From assembly GCA_047627915.1 (NCBI GenBank), contig JBLHTZ010000009.1, positions 3,055 through 67,054 on the forward strand: a stretch of DNA of 64,000 nucleotides, given 5' to 3'. How positions within the stretch are numbered: the first letter of the stretch is position 1; each line of letters begins with the position of its first letter. Shown here piece after piece: positions 57,379 to 64,000 of the stretch. The DNA is from Vicingaceae bacterium. GTDB lineage: Bacteria > Bacteroidota > Bacteroidia > Flavobacteriales_E > Vicingaceae. Position numbers and translations under genes: made by a program. The notes under the pieces were generated by a model, which was given only the letters and a program-made list of their open reading frames with translations, was not told the origin of the DNA and made no database searches.

Positions 57379-59351
57379 TAGTGTAGAATAATTCGGCCTA
57401 ATTCGTGGGCCAATTTTTTCTTAGCTTCCATTAATTTCATAATATCACCTAAGATTACGTCGTAATTTACATCTTTTCCCTTTAGTTGCTGTTGTTTTTC
57501 CCCAATTAACTGTTCAACTCTATTTAACCTCCACGAGCAAATTCCTTTGTGAATCTTCTTGGGTAGAACTAAGTCTTCGGTCAACGTTAAAATTTTGTGC
57601 TTCTCCTCCCAATTCAAACTTAGTGTATACTTCTCCATGAGGCACTCAATGGTGAAACTGCTAATTTCCTTGTCTGTATTCGTAACTAAATGACGTTCTT
57701 CAACCTGATTTTCAGCTTCAACAGCATCTTTAAATAGCAGGTAAATCTTTCGAAAAACCGGATTATTAAAATGCAGTTCGTCTTTCTCAATTTCGAATAC
57801 TAAATATTCTGCAACACTCGCTTTTATAGATTCTGCCTCCCCTTCAACTTTGCTGTCCGTAGGTATCTCAATTTCAATACCTCCGTACTTAACAAAGGTT
57901 CTAATAATATCGCTTTCCTGCTCTGCAAGTACATCTACCTTCGCGCTCTTTTCTTGAATTTCAGGATTGTCAATTTCATGAAAAAAGTCAGGTGGAGGGC
58001 CTTCATCTCTTTCTTGATTTCGCTCTTGTTGTTGAATCCGCTTGGTTAGCTTATTCCGCCTTACTTTATTTAATTCACTTAATAAAGCTTGTTCGCCGAT
58101 ATCCATTAAGTTGCTGCATTCTTGCAAATAAACGGAACGGGCAATGGGGTCAGGAATGAGGGCTATACTGCTAACGATTTCTTTGATTAACCCTGCTCTC
58201 TTAATGGGGTCATCACCTGTCTCTTTTAATAAAAGATTAGTTTTGAATCGAATAAAATCGAATGATTCTTTGTCAAGGAAGTCAGTAATTTCAGATGTAC
58301 TACGACTCTTGGCGAAAGAGTCTGGATCTTCTCCTTCTGCAAAGGCCAATACCCGAACATTAAGGCCTTCTTCCAGAATCATATCGATTCCTCGAAATGC
58401 TGCTTTTATTCCGGCTGTATCGCCATCAAAAAGGATGGTTATGTTTTGTGTGTAGCGTTTAATTAGCCTAATTTGGTCCACTGTAAGCGATGTCCCAGAG
58501 CTTGAAACAACATTTTCAACACCATTCTGATGCAGTGAAATAACATCTGTATAGCCTTCAACCAGAAAACATCTATCTTCAGAAATAATGGACTTCTTTG
58601 CCAAATTTAACCCGTAGAGAACTCGGCTTTTATGGTAAATGTCAGACTCCGGTGAATTCAGATACTTTGCTGTTTTTTTATCTGCAGAAAGAGTTCTTCC
58701 ACCAAAGCCAATTACCCTGCCTGAAATATTCTGAATTGGAAACATGACTCGACCCTTAAAGCGATCGAATTTTTTTTCTTCTTTGACAATTGTTAGTCCT
58801 GTTTTATCTAAAAACTCTAGGTTATAACCCTTGGCTAGAGCGGCATCTGTAAAGTTGGTCCATTCGTCATGGCTGTAGCCCAATTTGAATTTCTCTATCG
58901 TTTCTTCTCTAAACCCCCGTTCTTTGAAATAACTTAAACCAATGGCTCTTCCGTTCTCTGAGTTTAAAAGTTGCTCGTTAAAATAAGCAGCAGCAAAGTC
59001 GCTTACAATAAATAAACTTTCTTTCGCATTTGCCTCTAAGACTTGTTCAGTAGATTGCTCTTCTTCTTCAATTTCTATGTTGTACTTGTTAGCTAAGTAT
59101 TTTAATGCTTCAGGATATGAATATTGCTCATGGGCCATCACAAAATTCACAGATCCTCCCGCTTCACCGCAACCAAAACATTTATAGATTCCTTTCGCAG
59201 GAGAGACGGTAAACGACGGAGTCTTTTCGTTATGAAAAGGACATAAGCCAAGCATGTTGGCACCCCTTTTCTTAAGGTTTACCCACTCTCCAACTACTTC
59301 GTCAATTCGAGCAGTTTCAATAATTTGGTTTACGGTCTCTTTAGGTATCAA
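57378..59351 (-). CDS. dnaG: DNA primase
   Basis: Zinc ribbon CPFHNEKTPSF...CFGCG and TOPRIM motif VEGYTDV. A TTG start is required to keep the conserved N-terminus. Confidence 0.95.
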   Translation of the reverse strand: MIPKETVNQIIETARIDEVVGEWVNLKKRGANMLGLCPFHNEKTPSFTVSPAKGIYKCFGCGEAGGSVNFVMAHEQYSYPEALKYLANKYNIEIEEEEQSTEQVLEANAKESLFIVSDFAAAYFNEQLLNSENGRAIGLSYFKERGFREETIEKFKLGYSHDEWTNFTDAALAKGYNLEFLDKTGLTIVKEEKKFDRFKGRVMFPIQNISGRVIGFGGRTLSADKKTAKYLNSPESDIYHKSRVLYGLNLAKKSIISEDRCFLVEGYTDVISLHQNGVENVVSSSGTSLTVDQIRLIKRYTQNITILFDGDTAGIKAAFRGIDMILEEGLNVRVLAFAEGEDPDSFAKSRSTSEITDFLDKESFDFIRFKTNLLLKETGDDPIKRAGLIKEIVSSIALIPDPIARSVYLQECSNLMDIGEQALLSELNKVRRNKLTKRIQQQERNQERDEGPPPDFFHEIDNPEIQEKSAKVDVLAEQESDIIRTFVKYGGIEIEIPTDSKVEGEAESIKASVAEYLVFEIEKDELHFNNPVFRKIYLLFKDAVEAENQVEERHLVTNTDKEISSFTIECLMEKYTLSLNWEEKHKILTLTEDLVLPKKIHKGICSWRLNRVEQLIGEKQQQLKGKDVNYDVILGDIMKLMEAKKKLAHELGRIILH

Positions 59352-59356
59352 TTTTG

Positions 59357-59779
59357 CTATTTTTTAGCAGGCTTAAGTTCCAGTTTCAATGAGTCTGCAG
59401 AGTTAAGCATCTGGTCCAAGTCGATCACTTTGTTTAACGATCCATCCGGATTCCACAACTTCCATTTTCCAACTTTTAAATCTTTCTCATAAGACCCTTC
59501 CATTTGTTTTTTCCCAGTGTTGTAATAAATTATAGAATAACCTTTGCGCTCACCGTGCCAAAACTCGCCTTCACTCCACAAAAATCCATTAGCATAGTAG
59601 TATTTCCACAAGCCATGTCTTTTGCCATTCACTTTTTCACCTTCCACTTTTTTAATCCCATTGGAGTAATGTTCAATAACTTGCTCAACAGCTCGCTCAA
59701 AGGCTTCCTCTTTCTCTTTTACAGTATCATTACAAGCAAACAAGGCAAGGGTTAACACTAAAAAAATAATTTTTCTCAT
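59357..59779 (-). CDS. small MORN-variant (YwqK-like) repeat lipoprotein
   Basis: Lipobox LALFAC followed by GKRHGLWKYYYANG...GERKGYSIIYYNTG...VGKWKLWNPDG repeats. Confidence 0.7.
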   Translation of the reverse strand: MRKIIFLVLTLALFACNDTVKEKEEAFERAVEQVIEHYSNGIKKVEGEKVNGKRHGLWKYYYANGFLWSEGEFWHGERKGYSIIYYNTGKKQMEGSYEKDLKVGKWKLWNPDGSLNKVIDLDQMLNSADSLKLELKPAKK

Positions 59780-59782
59780 GTT

Positions 59783-60763
59783 CTATTTTGTTCGTTCTGT
59801 GGTATATAAAACTAAATTTTTCAATGACTCTTTGGCTTCATTGTTTTCAAATTCAGAAAGAATGGCTAAAGCTTCATCTCTGTATTCTAACATTCTTTTT
59901 GTGGCGTATTCTAACCCACCTGAATCGATAACAAAATCAATTACTTCCTTTATTTTTTTCTCATTGTTATTGTTTTGCTTAACAATGTTGATGATTTGTC
60001 TCCGTTTGGATTGATCCGCTTTCCGAAGTGCATAAATCAAAGGTAGAGTCATCTTCTTTTCCTTGATATCAATTCCTGTTGGCTTACCTAAGTTTTCGCC
60101 ACTTCCATAATCAAACAAGTCATCTTTAATTTGAAAACTGATACCAACTTTCTCTCCGAAGAGTCTCATTTTTTCAACAATTTCATCACTTTGCTTTGCA
60201 GACTTTGCTCCCGTAGCGCAACATGAGGCAATTAAGGTTGCCGTTTTTTTAGTGATAATGTCAAAATAAACAACTTCTTCGATGTCTAGTTTTCGAGCCT
60301 TTTCGATTTGCAAAAGCTCTCCTTCACTCATTAGCTTTACTGAGGTGGAAACTATTTTTAGCAAATCAAACTCTTCATTTTCAACAGAAAGTAATAATCC
60401 TCTAGAAAGTAAATAGTCTCCAACTAAAACCGCAATTTTATTTTTCCAGAGTGCGTTTATGCTAAAAAACCCTCTTCTTTTGTAAGATTCATCTACTACA
60501 TCATCGTGCACCAAGGTGGCGGTGTGTAGAAGCTCTATGAGTGATGCAGCGCGATAGGTAGACGAGTTAATGTTGTGGAATAGTTTTGCGGACAAAAAAA
60601 CAAAAAGTGGTCGCATTTGCTTGCCTTTTCGTTTTACGATGTAGTGGGTAATCTTGTCCAATAAGGGAACAGTGCTTCTCATGCTTTCTTTGAAGTGCGC
60701 TTCAAATTCTTGCATTTCTTTCGCCACTGGAGCTTTTATGTCTTTTACGCTAACCTTGCTCAT
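59783..60763 (-). CDS. ispB: polyprenyl diphosphate synthase (octaprenyl-type)
   Basis: First DDxxD (LVHDDVVDES) and second (IKDDLFD) aspartate-rich motifs. 326 aa. Confidence 0.88.
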   Translation of the reverse strand: MSKVSVKDIKAPVAKEMQEFEAHFKESMRSTVPLLDKITHYIVKRKGKQMRPLFVFLSAKLFHNINSSTYRAASLIELLHTATLVHDDVVDESYKRRGFFSINALWKNKIAVLVGDYLLSRGLLLSVENEEFDLLKIVSTSVKLMSEGELLQIEKARKLDIEEVVYFDIITKKTATLIASCCATGAKSAKQSDEIVEKMRLFGEKVGISFQIKDDLFDYGSGENLGKPTGIDIKEKKMTLPLIYALRKADQSKRRQIINIVKQNNNNEKKIKEVIDFVIDSGGLEYATKRMLEYRDEALAILSEFENNEAKESLKNLVLYTTERTK

Positions 60764-60785
60764 TTACCTTTCAAATTTACACTAA

Positions 60786-61841
60786 CTAGACAGCAATTGC
60801 ACCGTTTTTGTTGGCCAATTGTCCGCAGGCAGCGTCAATATCTTTTCCACGGCTTCTTCGAATGTTTACAATCAAATTTCTATTCTCTAAAAAGGCAGCA
60901 AAAGCATCTACTTTTTTTGTACTAGCTTGCTGAAATTCAGCGTCATCAATCGGGTTGTATTCAATGATATTAATTTTACAAGGAATATGTTTACAGAATT
61001 CTGCTAGCTCTTGAGCATCTTGAATTTCATCGTTAAAATCTTTGAAAATAATATATTCAAAAGTTACTCTTGTTTCTGTTCTTTCGTAAAAATACTTCAA
61101 CGCTTCGGCCAAAATCTCCAAATTATTTTGGTCGTTAATCGGCATTATTTTACTCCGCTTTTCGTCATTCGCCGCATGTAAAGAAACGGCCAAATTAAAT
61201 TTCACTTGGTCATCACCAAGTCGCTTGATTAATTTTGCAATGCCTGCTGTAGAAACAGTAATTCTTTTTGGCGACATGCCAAGTCCATCTTCAGCTGTAA
61301 TTCGTTCAATAGATTTTAAAACTTGACTATAATTAAGCAAAGGCTCACCCATGCCCATATATACGATGTTCGAAAGAGGTCTGCTGTAGTGCTTTTCAGC
61401 TTGTTCTTTTATGATTGCCACTTGGTCGTAAATCTCGTCAAACTGAATGTTGCGCATCAATTTCAACTTCCCAGTCGCACAAAATTTGCATGTTAAGCTA
61501 CAGCCAACTTGAGAGGATATACAAGCGGTTACTCTTTTGGGGGTAGGGATTAATACTCCTTCTGTTATTTTTCCATCTGCTAAACGGAAAGCATTTTTAA
61601 TGGTTTGGTCCTCGCTAATTTGCTCTTCAGCAACAGTTACCGCAGGAATTTCAAATTCCTCTTGTAATTTGTCTCGAAGACCAATTGAAAGGTTTGTCAT
61701 TTCATCGAAAGAGCGTGCAGATTTTTTCCACAACCATTCGTACAACTGTTTGGCTCTAAATGCTTTCTCTCCTTTTTCTACAAAAAGAGTTTTCATTTCT
61801 TCCAAACTTAAGTTTCGTATGTTTTGCTTTGTTGATTTCAT
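60786..61841 (-). CDS. rlmN: 23S rRNA/tRNA adenine-C2 methyltransferase RlmN (radical SAM)
   Basis: GCSLTCKFCATG (CxxxCxxC) and a C-terminal ACGQL motif. Start taken at the ATG giving MKSTKQNIRNLSLEEMK. Confidence 0.93.
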   Translation of the reverse strand: MKSTKQNIRNLSLEEMKTLFVEKGEKAFRAKQLYEWLWKKSARSFDEMTNLSIGLRDKLQEEFEIPAVTVAEEQISEDQTIKNAFRLADGKITEGVLIPTPKRVTACISSQVGCSLTCKFCATGKLKLMRNIQFDEIYDQVAIIKEQAEKHYSRPLSNIVYMGMGEPLLNYSQVLKSIERITAEDGLGMSPKRITVSTAGIAKLIKRLGDDQVKFNLAVSLHAANDEKRSKIMPINDQNNLEILAEALKYFYERTETRVTFEYIIFKDFNDEIQDAQELAEFCKHIPCKINIIEYNPIDDAEFQQASTKKVDAFAAFLENRNLIVNIRRSRGKDIDAACGQLANKNGAIAV

Positions 61842-61926
61842 AGCCGCTGCAAAGGTAACACGAATCCATGAACTCAGCCACCATCTCAATAATCTATATT
61901 TTTGTGCTTTATTAAACTACTTTATT

Positions 61927-63075
61927 TTGATTCAGCGACTTCTCAAAACAGACAAATTATATATCGGCAACGGAGATTTTTTAATGAACGGGATGTTGGC
62001 AATCGATGACAATAACAAGATTGCTGAAGTTGGTCAAAATTTATTTGCTGATGGGGTGAATGTCGAGTATTTTGCAGGAGCCCTTTGCCCAGGCTTTATT
62101 AATACCCATTGTCACTTAGAGCTTTCTCATTTAAAAGATAAAGTGAGTGAAAAAACAGGAATTCATAATTTCATTGTTGAATTGCAAAAAATTCGAAATG
62201 CGAGTGAAGAGGAGAAGCTAGAAGCAATTAAACTGGGCAATTCTGAAATGCAGGCTGCTGGTATTATTGCAGTTGGTGACATATCAAACGGAGATACTAC
62301 CCTCAATACAAAACTAACATCTACTATTTTTTACCACACTTTCGTGGAGTTGTTTGGTTTTAGAACTCATCTTGCCGATTCCATATTTGAGCAAGGTCAG
62401 CAACTAAAAATTACTTTTACTCACGCGGGACTTCACAGCTCTATCGTTCCCCATAGTCCGTATTCGGTTTCTGAAAAGCTTTTTGAAAATATTGCTAAAG
62501 CAAAAAATAACACACCTATATGCATTCATAATCAAGAGTCGAAGGCGGAGAACGACATGTTTGAGAATGGCAATGGTCATTTAATGGAAATGATGAAAGA
62601 TTTTGGGAATGATATGTCAGGGTTTGAAAAAACCGGCAAATCCTCACTTAAAAGCCACTTGAAGAGGTTGGCAAAGAACACTCCATTATTGTTGGTTCAC
62701 AATACATTTACAACAGAACAAGACATTCGCGCAGCAGAAAAAGAACACGATAATTTGTATTGGTGTTTTTGTCCCAAAGCGAATCTCTACATAGAAGGAC
62801 AATTGCCAAATATCCCTCTATTTATAGAAAAAGGAGTAAAGTGCACGCTAGGAACCGATAGTTTAGCCTCTAACGACACCTTAAGTATTTGGGAGGAAAT
62901 TCAAACCATTCAGCATCACTTTCCGCAAATCCCTCTGGAAACCCTAGTTAAATGGGGAACCTTAAATGGAGCCGAATTTTTAGGTATAGAAAATGAGTTT
63001 GGCAGTTTTGAGAAAGGGAAAACAGCGGCAATAAATTGGATTAAGGGTAGTAAACTTACTTCTCTAGAATCCTAA
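61927..63075 (+). CDS. amidohydrolase-family (metal-dependent deaminase/chlorohydrolase-like) protein
   Basis: GFINTHCHLELSH (HxH metal site) and later HN and TDS motifs. Start is uncertain: TTG at 61927 or ATG at 61984. The longer ORF-track start overlaps rlmN and is rejected. Confidence 0.75.
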   Translation: MIQRLLKTDKLYIGNGDFLMNGMLAIDDNNKIAEVGQNLFADGVNVEYFAGALCPGFINTHCHLELSHLKDKVSEKTGIHNFIVELQKIRNASEEEKLEAIKLGNSEMQAAGIIAVGDISNGDTTLNTKLTSTIFYHTFVELFGFRTHLADSIFEQGQQLKITFTHAGLHSSIVPHSPYSVSEKLFENIAKAKNNTPICIHNQESKAENDMFENGNGHLMEMMKDFGNDMSGFEKTGKSSLKSHLKRLAKNTPLLLVHNTFTTEQDIRAAEKEHDNLYWCFCPKANLYIEGQLPNIPLFIEKGVKCTLGTDSLASNDTLSIWEEIQTIQHHFPQIPLETLVKWGTLNGAEFLGIENEFGSFEKGKTAAINWIKGSKLTSLES

Positions 63076-63898
63076 TCTCAACTCTTCGGTTTGCTGTTTT
63101 TTCTTCTTCAGTTCTCTCATAAGGGAAGAGAGGATTGCTCCTAGCAAATCCTTCGTAGGAAAGCCTGCTCGCTGCAATGCCATCGTAAATCAAAAGATCA
63201 TAAATATACTTTGCTCTTGCCTCAGAAAGATTAAACTTATTAGTCGCTAAATCAAGCCCATCTTCATTGTCAATTTTACAGCAAATGTGGCCTTCTATTT
63301 TAACTCTCAACTTAGGGTTTTGATTCATTGTTTGAAACAGTTCATTGTAAGAGGTTAAACTTTCCGCAGTTAAAAAATGCTGACCTGGTAAAAAAAGCAT
63401 GTTGCTCAATACTAACTGATCTCCAACACTAGCCGAATCTATTTGAGATTTTAGTTGAACCTTTTTAACTACTGTTGGTATTTTTCTATGTACCGTATCT
63501 GTTTCCTCGTTTGTTGAGATTTTTGGATTTGTTCTAGAAATTACAATGTCTGTCCTTCTATTTGTTTTAATCCCTTCTACGGTATTTAATGTTTCTCCTG
63601 CAATTCCTCTTCCTTCAACAATTCCAAGAGTAGCAGTATTTAAGCCATACTCGACTAATCGGGCCCTTACTTCTCGAGACCGATCCATAGACAGCCTATT
63701 GTTTAACTTTTCGGTGCCTAAATAGTCCGTATAGGATATAATTTCAACTTTTTGCCAATCGGATTTGTCAACTTGCAATTTTCGTAACTCTTCAGAACTG
63801 ACCTCAAATTTTCCAATCTCGAAGTAGAGTTTGATAGTGTCAGTTTGAGCTATCACCTGAAAATTTGCAAATAGTAATAGATAAAACAATCGTTTCAT
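63056..63898 (-). CDS. OmpA-family protein with two OmpA_C-like domains
   Basis: Signal peptide and two peptidoglycan-binding-type endings, NRRTDIVI and NRRVEIRI. Confidence 0.8.
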   Translation of the reverse strand: MKRLFYLLLFANFQVIAQTDTIKLYFEIGKFEVSSEELRKLQVDKSDWQKVEIISYTDYLGTEKLNNRLSMDRSREVRARLVEYGLNTATLGIVEGRGIAGETLNTVEGIKTNRRTDIVISRTNPKISTNEETDTVHRKIPTVVKKVQLKSQIDSASVGDQLVLSNMLFLPGQHFLTAESLTSYNELFQTMNQNPKLRVKIEGHICCKIDNEDGLDLATNKFNLSEARAKYIYDLLIYDGIAASRLSYEGFARSNPLFPYERTEEEKTANRRVEIRILEK

Positions 63899-63943
63899 AG
63901 GACAAAAGAAAGCAAACTACATTAAATAAGAAATGGTATAAAG

Positions 63944-63976
63944 TAAAAAAGCTCATTTCGAAAAACGAAATGAGCT
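63944..63976 (-). terminator. intrinsic terminator downstream of the tRNA
   Basis: Minus strand: agctcatttcg-ttttt-cgaaatgagct (11-bp perfect stem) followed by TTTTTT. Confidence 0.85.
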
Positions 63977-63979
63977 CTG

Positions 63980-64000
63980 TACCCAGGGCCGGGCTCGAAC
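63980..64000 (-). tRNA. 3' end of a tRNA gene (runs off the right edge; Leu-like acceptor is a guess)
   Basis: The minus strand reads GTTCGAGCCCGGC-CCTGGGT-A: T-loop TTCGAGC, T-stem, a 7-nt acceptor strand and discriminator A. CCA is not encoded. A terminator follows immediately. Confidence 0.6.

Noticed and set aside
9408-59351. Apparent excess of TTG/GTG start codons (ispD, GDPD, feoB, M14 peptidase, dnaG)
   Set aside because: In each case the non-ATG start is needed to retain a conserved N-terminal motif or signal peptide. About five of roughly sixty genes is within the normal bacterial range and does not indicate an unusual initiation mechanism.
61537-61926. Long N-terminal extension of the amidohydrolase ORF (512 aa in the ORF track)
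   Set aside because: The first 130 or so codons lie antisense to the well-supported rlmN gene and translate to low-information sequence. The amidohydrolase homology begins only at ...LLKTDKLYIGNG.
1-64000. CRISPR arrays, IS elements, integrases, prophage or known defence-system genes
   Set aside because: No regularly spaced direct repeats were seen. No ORF in the six-frame track carries transposase, recombinase, Cas, restriction or phage-structural signatures. The window reads as core chromosome.

Overview
AT-rich chromosomal window from a Bacteroidota organism, probably Flavobacteriia-like. Evidence for that placement: gldB-gldC gliding genes, two proteins with T9SS C-terminal sorting domains, many lipoproteins and outer-membrane beta-barrels, no Shine-Dalgarno sequences, and recurrent TAnnTTTG -7 promoter boxes 3-35 nt upstream of start codons. 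The content is almost entirely tightly packed housekeeping genes. These include nadE, ftsX, truB, queA, ispD, rimP-nusA-infB, a heme operon (hemA/C fusion, hemD, hemB), class II RNR nrdJ, feoAB, fumC, an Nfu-type protein, nhaA, deoC plus an aldehyde dehydrogenase, cysC-cysD-cysN, and the array dnaG-mscS-clc with ispB and rlmN upstream. A partial tRNA lies at the right edge. I found no CRISPR array, transposase, integrase, phage gene or recognisable defence or toxin cassette, and I cannot point to a convincing novel multi-gene system. The items most worth a second look are: (1) an ALDH-family protein that keeps the NAD-binding half but lacks the whole catalytic domain, directly abutting a DASS/TrkA-C transporter gene; (2) an in-frame HemA-HemC fusion; (3) a promoter-then-terminator leader upstream of rimP-nusA-infB; (4) a three-gene block of unknown function (46.8-48.7 kb) containing an XRE regulator with two perfect palindromic operators, a Cys-motif lipoprotein and a repeat protein; (5) two disrupted genes, a frameshifted DUF5686 gene and an MscS gene with an in-frame TGA. 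All functional calls rest on motif recognition in the supplied translations. No database search was run.
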